Below are positions 27,418-37,046 of a stretch of DNA of 64,000 bases, piece after piece (within the stretch, counting starts at the first letter, position 1; each line of letters starts with the position of its first letter). This DNA is from Candidatus Binatia bacterium. GTDB lineage: Bacteria; Vulcanimicrobiota; Vulcanimicrobiia; Vulcanimicrobiales; Vulcanimicrobiaceae. The notes under the pieces were generated by a model, which worked only from the letters and a program-made list of their open reading frames with translations, made no database searches and had not been told where the DNA came from. The stretch spans positions 59,043 through 123,042 of the forward strand of contig DATKMJ010000018.1 in the NCBI GenBank assembly GCA_035541935.1, given 5' to 3'. Position numbers and translations under genes: made by a program.

Positions 27418-28338
27418 CTATGGATTCTGGATGAGCAGACCCATCGGATCCTCGATACCGTTGCTCAGGATTGCGTATGGAACCGATTTGCTCGGCTCGA
27501 ACGCGTAGACGCCGTGCGTCGTTAGATCCGACTCGACCATCTCGCCCTTCGGCTTTCCCTTGTTTTCGACGCCGACGGCGTAGGGCGAGCCGGCCCCCGA
27601 GATCTCCAAGGCCGGAGAGGTCGAGCCGAGCTTGTAGACGTCGATCCTGTCGGCGGCGGCGTCGGTAACCCACAGATAGTTTGTTCGCAGATCGACTGCG
27701 ACGTTGACCGGCTGCTCGAGGCCTTGAAGCGCGAGCGCCGTCACTCCCGATCCCTTCGACGGAACCTTGAAGACGACGCCCGCTCCGGGGTCGGCGATGT
27801 AGAGGTTGGCGTTCTTGTCTACCGCGAGCCCGGTTGGGCTTACCAACGGAGCGCCCGAGATCGTCCTCGACGGCTTCGTCGCTCCGTTGGCGTACTCGGT
27901 GATCGTCGCCGGACCGTTGCTGACGTAGAGGCGGAAGTGCGAATCCACCGCGATGCCGAGCGGATTGCTGATGCCGCGCGTGATGCTCTTCTTCAACGCC
28001 GTCTCTCCGCGCGGATACTCTTCGACGTCGTTGCCGCCGCAGTTATCTGCGACGTAGAGCGTGCCGGCTTTGTCCATCGCGAGCGCGTACGGGCACCCGT
28101 GTGCGACGGCGATCGTCGCGATCGGCGGCGGATTGCTCGCGAGCTCGAACGTGTGGTAGATATTGACCTGCGCCTCTTGCGCGTCGGCCTCGAATATCAG
28201 CGAACTGCTCGTCGGGAAATCCGGCCGTATGACGCGCGCGCGGACCGCCTGCGTTGCAAAGGCAGGCGATCCGGATGGTGCGGCGCCGCCGCACCCGGCC
28301 AAGGCCGAGAGGACGGCAACCGCAATCGCGCGCCGCAA
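27418..28338 (-). CDS. NHL-repeat beta-propeller lipoprotein, family B
   Basis: Start set at in-frame TTG 28338, giving (M)RRAIAVAVLSALAGC, a lipobox. NHL-like repeats GISNPLGIAVD and PTGLAVDKNANLYIAD. Confidence 0.68.
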   Translation of the reverse strand: MRRAIAVAVLSALAGCGGAAPSGSPAFATQAVRARVIRPDFPTSSSLIFEADAQEAQVNIYHTFELASNPPPIATIAVAHGCPYALAMDKAGTLYVADNCGGNDVEEYPRGETALKKSITRGISNPLGIAVDSHFRLYVSNGPATITEYANGATKPSRTISGAPLVSPTGLAVDKNANLYIADPGAGVVFKVPSKGSGVTALALQGLEQPVNVAVDLRTNYLWVTDAAADRIDVYKLGSTSPALEISGAGSPYAVGVENKGKPKGEMVESDLTTHGVYAFEPSKSVPYAILSNGIEDPMGLLIQNP

Positions 28339-28343
28339 CGTTG

Positions 28344-29351
28344 CTACGGCTTGGTAACCAGCAGTCCCGTCGGCAACGACACGCCGTTGGTAAGCGTCGC
28401 GTACGGCGTGTACTGGCCGGGCTTGAACGCATAGACATCGTGCGTCTCGATATCCGACACGACGACCTCGCCTTTGGGTTTGCCGGCGTTCTCGGCGCTG
28501 ATCGCATACGGAAACTCGTTGCCGCTGATCGTCTCGATCGGGCTGGTGCTCGAGGCGAGATCGTAGACGTTGATCTTGTCGCCTCCGCCGTCGGTCTCCC
28601 ACAGGTAGCCGGTCTTTGCATCGAACGCGAGACCGATCGGCTCTTCCATGCCTTGGAGATTGAGGTTCGTTACGCTCGAACCGCCCGCGGGCAACTCGAA
28701 GACCGCCTCCGCGCCGAAGTCGGCGATGTAGAGGTTACCGCTCTTATCGACGGCGAGGCCGAACGGATCGTCCAAGCCACCGCCGGTCACCGTTTTTGAC
28801 GGCGACGTGGTTCCGGCGGCATACTCGGTTATCGCGCCCGGATAGTTGCTGACGTAGAGCGTCCCGCTCTCGTCCATCGCGAGGCCGAGCGGGTTCGAGA
28901 TGCCGTCGGTAATCGTGGTCTTCAACGTCGTCGAGCCCTTCGGGAACTCTTCTACGTCGTTGCCGCCGCAATTGTCGGCGACGTAAATCGTTCCGGACTT
29001 GTCCGCAACCAGGCCGTACGGGCATCCTGCCGAGACGTCGATCGACGCGATCGGCGCCGGATTCTTCGGGAGCGCCTTCGTCTGATAGACGTTGACCGCG
29101 GCCTGATCCTGGTCGGCCTCGAAGACGAGCGATTTCTTCGTGGAGTATGCGGCGTGGATTGCGTTCCGCGCCACGGCGTTGGCCCGAGAGAACGGCAAGA
29201 AGGGCACGCCGCGGTGCACGAAGCCCGCGCCGCGAACGGCGCCGCTTCCCGCAAGCGTGGCGGGTGTTCCCGACTGCGTCGAGCCTGCGCTGCATCCCGC
29301 AATGACAAAAAGCGCCGCGAGCGTTAGAGCGCGGCGCGCAAACGTATTCAT
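28344..29351 (-). CDS. NHL-repeat beta-propeller lipoprotein, family B (tandem paralog)
   Basis: Start MNTFARRALTLAALFVIAGC (lipobox), preceded by GGAGG. Repeats GISNPLGLAMD and PFGLAVDKSGNLYIAD. Confidence 0.75.
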   Translation of the reverse strand: MNTFARRALTLAALFVIAGCSAGSTQSGTPATLAGSGAVRGAGFVHRGVPFLPFSRANAVARNAIHAAYSTKKSLVFEADQDQAAVNVYQTKALPKNPAPIASIDVSAGCPYGLVADKSGTIYVADNCGGNDVEEFPKGSTTLKTTITDGISNPLGLAMDESGTLYVSNYPGAITEYAAGTTSPSKTVTGGGLDDPFGLAVDKSGNLYIADFGAEAVFELPAGGSSVTNLNLQGMEEPIGLAFDAKTGYLWETDGGGDKINVYDLASSTSPIETISGNEFPYAISAENAGKPKGEVVVSDIETHDVYAFKPGQYTPYATLTNGVSLPTGLLVTKP

Positions 29352-29364
29352 AAGCGGTGCCTCC

Positions 29365-29420
29365 AAGAAAAACGAAGGTAGGAGGGCGAGGGGTTTACCG
29401 CCCGGCGGGCTTCTCCTACC
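29365..29420 (-). terminator. terminator-like hairpin after the aldo/keto reductase gene
   Basis: Minus strand: GGTAGGAG...CTCCTACC stem (29420..29377) followed by TTCGTTTTTCTT. The reductase stop codon lies within the 5' arm. Confidence 0.45.
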
Positions 29421-30276
29421 CCGCGCTTTCGGCGGCCGCGACGAGATCGAGCGCCGCGACGTCCTCGGGCGCAAGCACGAGCGAGGACGCCGCCACGTTC
29501 TCGGCCAGGTGTTCGAGCGACGAGGTTCCCGGAATCGGGAGCAGGGCGGGCGAGTGCGTTAAGAGCCAGGCGAGGCCGACCTGCCAGATCGTCGCGTGCA
29601 GGCGCCGCGCGATCGGCGTCAGCGCCTCGAGCACGTGCAGGTCGCCGCCGTCCAGCGGAAAGTACGCGATGAAGGCGATCCCGTTGGCCTCGCAATACTC
29701 GAGCTCCGGCTCGCTGACGCGGTGTCCGACGTTGTAGTTGTTTTGAACCGAGACGATCTCAACGATCCGTTCCGCGCGCTTCAGTTGGTCGAGCGTCACG
29801 TTCGAAAGCCCGACGTGGCGAATCTTTCCCGCATCGCGCAGATCGCGCAGCGCGCCGATTTGTTCGTCGAATGGAACGTTCGGGTCGACGGCATGCAGTT
29901 GATAGAGATCGATCCGGTCGGCCCGCAAGCGCCGCAAGCTTGCCTCGCACGCCTCGCGCAGATGCTCCGGGCGGCCGTCGCGCCCCCACTCGCTCGGGCC
30001 CGAGCGCGTCGAGCCGCCTTTCGTCGCGATCACGAGCCCGTCCGCGTACGGCGCCAACGCCTGCGCGATCTGCTCCTCGTTGACCGCGGGACCGTATGCG
30101 TCGGCCGTGTCGATAAAATTCACGCCGAGCTCGACCGCCCGGCGCAGCACGCGCAGCGCGTTCTCGCGATCCGCCGGCCAGCCCCAGATGCCGGGCCCGC
30201 AGAGGCGCATCCCTCCGTAGCCCATTCGCGAAACCGTGAGGTCCTTACCGACTGCGATCGTCGACGCGGCGTTCAT
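29416..30276 (-). CDS. aldo/keto reductase
   Basis: 286 aa with AKR motifs LGVNFIDTADAYGP and GLSNV. Confidence 0.9.
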   Translation of the reverse strand: MNAASTIAVGKDLTVSRMGYGGMRLCGPGIWGWPADRENALRVLRRAVELGVNFIDTADAYGPAVNEEQIAQALAPYADGLVIATKGGSTRSGPSEWGRDGRPEHLREACEASLRRLRADRIDLYQLHAVDPNVPFDEQIGALRDLRDAGKIRHVGLSNVTLDQLKRAERIVEIVSVQNNYNVGHRVSEPELEYCEANGIAFIAYFPLDGGDLHVLEALTPIARRLHATIWQVGLAWLLTHSPALLPIPGTSSLEHLAENVAASSLVLAPEDVAALDLVAAAESAG

Positions 30277-30300
30277 CGCCGCAGCCTTCGGCGCGACACG

Positions 30301-30334
30301 AAAAAGACCGCCCGCGTTATGCGAGCGGCCTTTT
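30301..30334 (-). terminator. intrinsic terminator after the phasin-like gene
   Basis: Minus strand: GGCCGCUCGC-AUAAC-GCGGGCGGUC followed by UUUUU. The plus strand also has a U-tract, so it may work in both directions. Confidence 0.6.
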
Positions 30335-30366
30335 CCTCGATAGAGGGTTACGGCGTTTTAAGAGAT

Positions 30367-30699
30367 TTACTTCGCGGCGGGCTTGGTCGCCATCGTCGCG
30401 GCGGCCTTGAAGTTCGCCTCGGTCTGCTTCTGCGTCTCGACGAGCATCTCGGCGATGCGCAGCGTGTAGGCCTTGCGGAGCTCGAGGAGCTGACCGGCGA
30501 AGCCGAACGACATCTCGACGAGCTGCGTCGGCGACGGCATGTTCTCGAACGACGGCATCGTGCCGGGCTTCTCGTTCATCTCTTTGGCGAACTCGCGGAA
30601 CGAGTTGATCGCCTGAAGGCTCGCATCTTGCGTCTGCTTGATCGCGGCGAGGCCCTCTTCTTGGAACTTGTTCATGTACTCTGACACGTTGACGGACAT
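30367..30699 (-). CDS. phasin-like small helical protein
   Basis: 110 aa, helical and amphipathic, with a Lys/Ala tail. It lies immediately downstream of the PHA cluster and has its own strong promoter, an SD (GAAGGAG) and a terminator. The family assignment is positional. Confidence 0.5.
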   Translation of the reverse strand: MSVNVSEYMNKFQEEGLAAIKQTQDASLQAINSFREFAKEMNEKPGTMPSFENMPSPTQLVEMSFGFAGQLLELRKAYTLRIAEMLVETQKQTEANFKAAATMATKPAAK

Positions 30700-30742
30700 G
30701 GTTGGAATCGCTCTCCTTCAAAAATCTTGGTGCTGTGCGCTA

Positions 30743-30772
30743 AGTATACCAAGCACCCGCTGTGCCTGTCAA
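30743..30772 (-). promoter_or_regulatory. near-consensus sigma70 promoter (TTGACA-18 nt-TATACT) for the phasin-like gene
   Basis: Minus strand: -35 at 30772..30767 and -10 at 30748..30743. Overlapped by the inverted repeat CTTGGT...ACCAAG and the direct repeat GCACAGC. Confidence 0.55.
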
Positions 30773-30790
30773 TACTAGGAGAGCGCTTGC

Positions 30791-31162
30791 TTACTCGCGG
30801 CCGACGAAGCTGCGGTAGATCCGGATCAGGGCCTCTTTTTGGTCGACGGTCAGGCGCGGATCGAGCTTGATCGCGTGCTCCACGCCGTGGTGCCCCTCCT
30901 CGCGAGTCTCGGAGTCATCGAGGAGGCCGGCCTGGGCGTACATCGTCTCGGCCGACATGTGAAGTGCGTTGGCGATGCTCTTGAGGACCTCGGCCGAGGG
31001 TTTGTAGAGGCCGCGCTCGACCTGGCTGAGGTAGGGGTTGGAGATCTTCGCGATCTCTGCCAGCTGGCGCATCGATAGGTTCGCAAGCTCGCGCTGGCCC
31101 CGAATGAAGTCGCCGAGGCTGCGCCAGGCGCCGCTCGCCGCGCTCTTCTCTTCGTCGCTCAT
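30791..31162 (-). CDS. XRE-family HTH transcriptional regulator
   Basis: Start MSDEEKSAASGAW overlaps the phaC stop (ATGA). HTH_3 region LSMRQLAEIAKISNPYLSQVERG. Confidence 0.8.
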   Translation of the reverse strand: MSDEEKSAASGAWRSLGDFIRGQRELANLSMRQLAEIAKISNPYLSQVERGLYKPSAEVLKSIANALHMSAETMYAQAGLLDDSETREEGHHGVEHAIKLDPRLTVDQKEALIRIYRSFVGRE

Positions 31163-32853
31163 ACGGTCTCTCGCACGTAGCGTCCGGGCGCGGGCTCGCC
31201 CTCGGGTAGCGGGTAGGGCGCGCGCAGCTCGCCGGCGTGCCAGCTCGCCCACCCGGCCCAGTCTTCCCACCAGGAGCCGTTGTGGCGATCGGCGGTCTCG
31301 AGCCATTCGTCGGCGCTCTCGCCGCGACGCGCGATCGGTTTCGAGTAGTGCCACGTTCGCTTGCCGCCCGGAGGATTGACGATGCCGGCGATGTGCCCGG
31401 CATTCGTCAGCACGTACTTCGATTCGCCGCCGACGTGCTGCGTCGTGAGATACGTCGCGCGCCACGGCGCGATATGGTCGTTCTCCGCACCGAGCACGTA
31501 GAGCGGCGTCACGATCTTGCCGAGATCGATCGGCGTGTCGCCGATCGTAAATGCGTCGGGCTTGACGACGGCGTTGTGCAGGTAGCAGGCGCGAAGATAC
31601 TCGGAGTGCATCTCGACCGGCATGCGCGTCGAATCGTTGTTCCAGGCCAAGATGTCGAACGCCGACGGCTGCTTCCCCTTGAACCAGTTGTTGACGACGT
31701 AGCTCCAGATCAAATCGCTCGAACGCATCCAATCGAACGTTCTCGCCATCTCCGCCGGATCGAGATAGCCGCGCTCGCGCATCCGCTGCTCAAGGCGTTG
31801 GATCGTATCTTCATCGGTGAAGACGCCGAGATCGCCCGGGATGCTGAAATCCACCAGCGTGTTCGTCAGCGTCGCCGAGGCGATGCGATCGCCCTGACCG
31901 TGGGCGGCGAGATAGGCCATCGCAATGAGCGCGAGGGTGCCACCCAAACAGAGCGCCGCCAGATTCACGCGAGGCGCGCCGGTAATCTCCCGCACCTTGT
32001 CGAGCGCCGCGAGAACGCCGTCGCGAAGATAATCGTCCATCGTCAGATGCGACATGCTCTCGTCCGGATTGCGGTACGAGATCATGAACGTCTGATGCCC
32101 GTGCTTGACGGCCCATTCGACGAACGAGCGCCCCGGCGCGAGATCCATGATGTAATACTTGTTGATCCACGGCGGGCTGCAGAGGAGCGGTATCTCGTGC
32201 ACTTCGGGCGTTTGCGGTTCGTAGGCGATCAGCTCGATCAGCTCGTTGCGCATCACGACGCGGCCCGGCGTCGCCGCCAGGTTCACGCCGAGCTCGAAGC
32301 CCGACCGGTCGACCTGGCGCGGATAACCACCGTTGTTCTTGACGTCGTCGAGGAAATTCTCGAGCCCTCGCACGAGGCTCATGCCGCCGCTCTCCGTTGC
32401 CTCTTTGACGACGCCGGGGTTGAGCCACGGGACGTTGCTCGGCGCGAACGCGTCGCACATCAACTGCATCGCGAACTTCGCCTTACGCCTCGTTCCCTCA
32501 GGGAGACGCGCCGCATCCACCAGTTGCATCGCGGCCTGCGTGCGCGCCTTGTAATCTTCGACCAGGCCGGCCAGCATCGGATTCGAGCTCCACTCGGGGT
32601 CGGAGAAGCGTTTGTCGTCACCGAATGCCGGCGCCGAGCCCGCCTCGCCGCCGAGCCGGCGCAGCATGTTGAGCCCGACGTTCTGCTCGGCGAGCGCGAA
32701 ACCGGTCAGCCACGTGGTCATCCGCAGCGGGTCCATCATCACATCGGCCACGACCGCGCGCAGCGCGTCGGTCAGCGATGCCGGATCGAGCCCGGTGACG
32801 TCGATTCCGTAGCTAAGCTCCTCGGGAGCGATGGCCTCGTCTACCGCGCTCAC
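31159..32853 (-). CDS. phaC: class I poly(R)-hydroxyalkanoate synthase
   Basis: 564 aa with a lipase-box-like active site (AALCLGGT) and a PhaC N-terminal region. Confidence 0.9.
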   Translation of the reverse strand: MSAVDEAIAPEELSYGIDVTGLDPASLTDALRAVVADVMMDPLRMTTWLTGFALAEQNVGLNMLRRLGGEAGSAPAFGDDKRFSDPEWSSNPMLAGLVEDYKARTQAAMQLVDAARLPEGTRRKAKFAMQLMCDAFAPSNVPWLNPGVVKEATESGGMSLVRGLENFLDDVKNNGGYPRQVDRSGFELGVNLAATPGRVVMRNELIELIAYEPQTPEVHEIPLLCSPPWINKYYIMDLAPGRSFVEWAVKHGHQTFMISYRNPDESMSHLTMDDYLRDGVLAALDKVREITGAPRVNLAALCLGGTLALIAMAYLAAHGQGDRIASATLTNTLVDFSIPGDLGVFTDEDTIQRLEQRMRERGYLDPAEMARTFDWMRSSDLIWSYVVNNWFKGKQPSAFDILAWNNDSTRMPVEMHSEYLRACYLHNAVVKPDAFTIGDTPIDLGKIVTPLYVLGAENDHIAPWRATYLTTQHVGGESKYVLTNAGHIAGIVNPPGGKRTWHYSKPIARRGESADEWLETADRHNGSWWEDWAGWASWHAGELRAPYPLPEGEPAPGRYVRETV

Positions 32854-33605
32854 ATGTACCAGCCGCCGTTGATGTTATAGACCGCGCCCGTGATATAGCC
32901 CGACGACTCGTCGAGCAGAAAGCGCACGAGCTGCGCCACCTCTTCCGGTTTTCCGAGCCGGTTCTGCGGCGTACCGGCGATCGCGCTCTCGATCGCTTGG
33001 GCGGGCATCGCCTTCGTCATATCGGTATCGATGAAGCCAGGAGCGACGGCGTTTACCGTGATGCCGCGGTTTGCGACTTCCAGCGCGACCGTCTTGGTCA
33101 ACCCGATCAGGCCGGCCTTCGCGGCAGCATAGTTCGCCTGTCCGAAGTTGCCGCTCTCGCCCACGACCGAACTGATGTTGACGATTCGGCCGAAGCCTTG
33201 GGCGAGCATCGTATCGAGCACGGCCTTGATCATAAAAAACGGCCCTGACAGATTCACTTGCAGGACCGCTTCCCATTCCTCGACGGACATCTTACGAACC
33301 GTCCGATCGCGAGTGATTCCCGCGTTGTTGACGAGGAAGTCAATGCGCCCATGTTCCCGAAGCACGGCCTCCACCGCTTCGCGGCAGCGATCGTAGACGC
33401 CGACGTTCGTCTCGTAAAAGTGTATGCGCGCCGCAGCGCCGTTCAGGCTGCCGGCAAGATGCTGGGTGCGGTCCCGGTCTTCGGGAAGACCGAGGACGGC
33501 GACGTTCGCTCCGTCGCGAGCGAGCAAGCTGCTGATCGCGCCGCCGATGCCGCGCGATCCCCCGGTGACTACTCCAACACGTTCTCTGAGAGGTAAACTA
33601 TCCAC
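32850..33605 (-). CDS. phaB: acetoacetyl-CoA reductase / 3-oxoacyl reductase (SDR)
   Basis: TGGSRGIGGAI and NYAAAKAG (YxxxK). 4-nt overlap with phaC. Confidence 0.82.
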   Translation of the reverse strand: MDSLPLRERVGVVTGGSRGIGGAISSLLARDGANVAVLGLPEDRDRTQHLAGSLNGAAARIHFYETNVGVYDRCREAVEAVLREHGRIDFLVNNAGITRDRTVRKMSVEEWEAVLQVNLSGPFFMIKAVLDTMLAQGFGRIVNISSVVGESGNFGQANYAAAKAGLIGLTKTVALEVANRGITVNAVAPGFIDTDMTKAMPAQAIESAIAGTPQNRLGKPEEVAQLVRFLLDESSGYITGAVYNINGGWYM

Positions 33606-33650
33606 GCGCTAGATTTACCCAACGGGGCGCTAGGATACCTCCTGGGTGAC

Positions 33651-34391
33651 CTACATGTCCAAGCCGCCGTTGATCGAGTAGACGGCGCCGGTGATGTAGC
33701 TCGAATCGTCTTCGAGCAGAAAACGTACGACGCGAGCGACCTCCTCCGGGCGGCCGAGTCGCCGCTGTGGGATCTTCTCGATCACCTTCGAGAGCGCGGC
33801 CTCCGGAATCGCCGCGACCATCTCGGTCTCGATGAAACCGGGCGCGACGGAGTTCACCGTGATGCCGCGCTGCGCCATCTCGAGTGCGAGGCTCTTCGTG
33901 AAGCCGAAGAGGCCGGCTTTCGAGGCCGCGTAGTTCGCCTGACCGACGTTGCCGGTCTCGCCGATGACCGAGCTGATGTTCACGATCCGGCCCGACCCGC
34001 GCTCGATCATGTGCTCGAGCACGGCCTTCGTCATCTGAAACGCGCCCGAGAGGTTCACGTCGAGCACCTGCCGCCAGTCGTCGACGGTCATCTTGCGGAC
34101 CGTCTTGTCGACGGTAATGCCCGCATTGTTGATGAGAAAGTCCACCCTGCCGAACCTGTCGAGCACCTCTTTAACGACCCGATTGCAGTCGTCGACGTCG
34201 TCCACGCGTCCCTGATGGATCGAGACGGTCGCACCCTTCTCTGCCATCTTCTTTTGGAATTTCTCGGCGCTCTCTTTGCCCCGGTTGTAACCGGCCGCGA
34301 CCGAGGCGCCGCTCTCCGCGAGGCACTCCGTGATCGCCGCGCCGATGCCGCGGGTACCGCCGGTAATCAATGCCACTCGACCTTCAAACAC
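33651..34391 (-). CDS. second acetoacetyl-CoA reductase-like SDR
   Basis: TGGTRGIGAAI and NYAASKAG. Paralogous to the adjacent SDR. Confidence 0.82.
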   Translation of the reverse strand: MFEGRVALITGGTRGIGAAITECLAESGASVAAGYNRGKESAEKFQKKMAEKGATVSIHQGRVDDVDDCNRVVKEVLDRFGRVDFLINNAGITVDKTVRKMTVDDWRQVLDVNLSGAFQMTKAVLEHMIERGSGRIVNISSVIGETGNVGQANYAASKAGLFGFTKSLALEMAQRGITVNSVAPGFIETEMVAAIPEAALSKVIEKIPQRRLGRPEEVARVVRFLLEDDSSYITGAVYSINGGLDM

Positions 34392-34450
34392 GAGACTCTC
34401 CTCCGCGGGCCGGGAATTCGCGACTAGCCCCGCGTAGTCCCCGTGCTACT

Positions 34451-35368
34451 ATGACGCGTCGCCGTTTCGTATGGTGCGCGCCGGCGCTGTGTGCCGTCGC
34501 CTTGTCGTTGCCGGGCTGCGGCGGATCGAGCGAGCCGGGGGCGACGGCGGCGGGTACCGCGCGCTCCTGGATGGCCGACGACGCGAAGAGCAAGGACCTG
34601 CTCTATATCTCCGATCTCGGAACGAACGCCGTCGACGTCTATTCCTATCCGAAAGGGGCGGAAGTCGGCAAGCTGACGGGATTCGGATCGGTCGCCGGAC
34701 TCTGCACGGATAAAGCCGGCGACGTCTTCGTCGTCGATGAAGCCGGTCCGGTGGCGGTGTATTCGCACGGCGGTTCGAGCCCGATGCGAAAGCTGCAGAC
34801 CTCGGGCGCGCCCGACGGCTGCTCCGTGGATCCCACGACCGGCAACCTCGCCGTAACGAACGAGTCGTCGTATCTCTACGGCACGATCGCAATCTACGCG
34901 CACGCCAAAGGGAAGGCGAAGCCGCTTTACAACGACATGGTCGACGCGACGTTCTACTGCGGCTACGATCCGAGCGGCGATCTTTTCATCGACGGCTGGG
35001 ACCGATCGGCGAAGCCAATCTTTCTCGAGTTGCCGCATCACGGCAAAACCATCAAGGTCATGACGCTCAGCAAGCCGATCGAGACTCCGGGCGGCGTGCA
35101 GTGGGACGGCAAGTACGTCGCGGTCGGCGATAAGGGCGCGGGCGTTGTCTATCGAGCTTCGCCGAGCGGCAAAGTCGAAGAGACGATCAAACTCAAGGAT
35201 GGGACGAACGTCTTACAGTTTTGGATCCAAGGCTCGACGATCGTCGGGCCCAATGCGGCAGCCGACGGAACCGTGCCCTTCTGGCACTACCCCGGCGGCG
35301 GTACGCCCTATCAAACGCTAACGGGCTTCACCTATCCGATTGGAGCCACGCTCAGCACAGCCAAGTAA
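34451..35368 (+). CDS. beta-propeller lipoprotein, family A (paralog of 26431..27381)
   Basis: Start set at MTRRRFVWCAPALCAVALSLPGC (lipobox). Shares LLYISD...VYSYPKG, CSVDPTTGNLAVTN and WDGKYVAVGD with the other copy. Confidence 0.7.
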   Translation: MTRRRFVWCAPALCAVALSLPGCGGSSEPGATAAGTARSWMADDAKSKDLLYISDLGTNAVDVYSYPKGAEVGKLTGFGSVAGLCTDKAGDVFVVDEAGPVAVYSHGGSSPMRKLQTSGAPDGCSVDPTTGNLAVTNESSYLYGTIAIYAHAKGKAKPLYNDMVDATFYCGYDPSGDLFIDGWDRSAKPIFLELPHHGKTIKVMTLSKPIETPGGVQWDGKYVAVGDKGAGVVYRASPSGKVEETIKLKDGTNVLQFWIQGSTIVGPNAAADGTVPFWHYPGGGTPYQTLTGFTYPIGATLSTAK

Positions 35369-35382
35369 ATTAGATCGCGAGC

Positions 35383-36168
35383 TTAGCCGAAGCGGCCGGT
35401 AATGTAATCCTCGGTTCGGGGATCGCTGGGCTTCGTAAAGAGTTTCGAGGTCTCGTCAACCTCGATGAGGCGGCCGACGCCGCTCTCGTCGGCAAGCATA
35501 AACGCCGTGTAATCGGAGACGCGCGCCGCCTGCTGCATGTTGTGCGTCACGGCGACGATCGTGAACTCTTCGGTCAGCGACAACATCAACTCTTCGATCA
35601 CCGCCGTTGCAATCGGGTCGAGCGAGGCCGTCGGCTCGTCCATGAGCAGCACCTCCGGCTGCGCCGCGACCGCACGCGCGATGCAGAGCCGTTGCTGCTG
35701 ACCGCCGGAGAGGCGCAGCGGGCTCGTTCGCAGCTTGTCCTTCACCTCGTCCCAGAGCGCCGCCGAGCGCAGCGCTCGCTCCGCCGTCTCGAGCTTCTGG
35801 CGGCGGTTGAGGCCGGGGCCGGCGCACGCCAAGGTATTATCGAGGATCGAGAGGGTCGGGAACGGGTTCGGACGCTGAAAGACCATGCCGATGCGGCGGC
35901 GGATCGACATCGGATCGACGTCGCCGGCGTAGATGTCTTGCCCATCGAGAATCACGCGCCCGGCGACGCGGGCGTCGAAGCCAACTTCGTGGATTCTGTT
36001 GAGGCAACGCACGAAGGTCGTCTTGCCGCAGCCCGACGGACCGATCAGCGCGGTGACCGCGCGACGCGGAAACTTGATCGTGACGTCGCCGACGGCCCGG
36101 CGCTCGCCGTAATAGGCGCTCAGGTCTTCGGTGGAGAGCAGCTCGTCGGTCGCAACGGCGGCGGTCAC
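35383..36168 (-). CDS. pstB: phosphate ABC transporter ATP-binding protein
   Basis: Start set at GTG 36168, overlapping the pstA stop (GTGA). Walker [10 protein letters not shown] and signature [14 protein letters not shown]. Confidence 0.92.
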   Translation of the reverse strand: MTAAVATDELLSTEDLSAYYGERRAVGDVTIKFPRRAVTALIGPSGCGKTTFVRCLNRIHEVGFDARVAGRVILDGQDIYAGDVDPMSIRRRIGMVFQRPNPFPTLSILDNTLACAGPGLNRRQKLETAERALRSAALWDEVKDKLRTSPLRLSGGQQQRLCIARAVAAQPEVLLMDEPTASLDPIATAVIEELMLSLTEEFTIVAVTHNMQQAARVSDYTAFMLADESGVGRLIEVDETSKLFTKPSDPRTEDYITGRFG

Positions 36169-37046
36169 GTCTCGAGCCCCCGCATCGCGTTGCGCAGCAT
36201 CCAGCGCGCTCCCAAGCTCAAGACGAGCACGGCGAGGATCAAGAGGAACGCGCCGGCCCACGCCTGTGCCTGCCAGTTCGGATAGGGCGAGATCGCGTAC
36301 GTGAAGACTTGCAGCGCGAGCACCGCCATCGGGTTGTTCGGGTTCTTCTCCCAGAACTGACTGCCGAACGCCGTGAAGAGCAGCGGCGCGGTTTCGCCCG
36401 TGACGCGTGCGATTGCCAGCAGAAGCGCCGTGATGATCGCCGGCCGTGCGGTCGGCAAGACGATATGAACGGTGGCGCGGTAATTCGACATTCCGAGCGC
36501 GAGCGCGCCCTCACGCACGGTCTGCGGCACCGAGCGAATCGCCTGCTCCGAGGTGCGAACGAGCAACGGCAGCATCAGCATCATGAACGCGAACGATGCC
36601 GAAAAGGCCGAAAAATGCTTGAGCGGAGCGACCAAGACCGCGTAGGCGAAGAGCCCGATCGCGATGCTCGGAACGCCCGAGAGCACGTCGGAAAGAAACC
36701 GCAACGCCTCGGGAATCGGTCCGCGCCCGAAGAGCGCGAGGTAGATCCCGGTGAGCAGGCCGAGGGGAACGGCCATGATCGTCGCGAGGCCGATGATGAT
36801 GATCGTGCCGAGGATGCCGTTGCCCACGCCGCCGCCTTCGATGCCGACGGGATGCGGGAGCTGCGTCAGGAAGGCCCAGTTGACCGCGCCCACGCCTTGA
36901 ACGACGACGTACCCAAGGATCACGAGCAACGCGCCGGCGGCGATCGCGGCGCAAGCGAGCGCGAGCATCGTGCCCAGCCACGCGAACGCGCGCCGTCTGC
37001 GCAGGTTTCCCGATGGGGCGCTCACGTCGAGCCTCGCACGCTCCAA
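36165..37046 (-). CDS. pstA: phosphate ABC transporter permease PstA
   Basis: 293 aa, multi-TM, with an EAA-like loop ([16 protein letters not shown]). Position in the operon fits. Confidence 0.9.
   Translation of the reverse strand: MERARLDVSAPSGNLRRRRAFAWLGTMLALACAAIAAGALLVILGYVVVQGVGAVNWAFLTQLPHPVGIEGGGVGNGILGTIIIIGLATIMAVPLGLLTGIYLALFGRGPIPEALRFLSDVLSGVPSIAIGLFAYAVLVAPLKHFSAFSASFAFMMLMLPLLVRTSEQAIRSVPQTVREGALALGMSNYRATVHIVLPTARPAIITALLLAIARVTGETAPLLFTAFGSQFWEKNPNNPMAVLALQVFTYAISPYPNWQAQAWAGAFLLILAVLVLSLGARWMLRNAMRGLET

Noticed and set aside
31237-32880. 547-aa plus-strand ORF
   Set aside because: It is antisense to phaC and has an Arg/His/Asp-rich composition.
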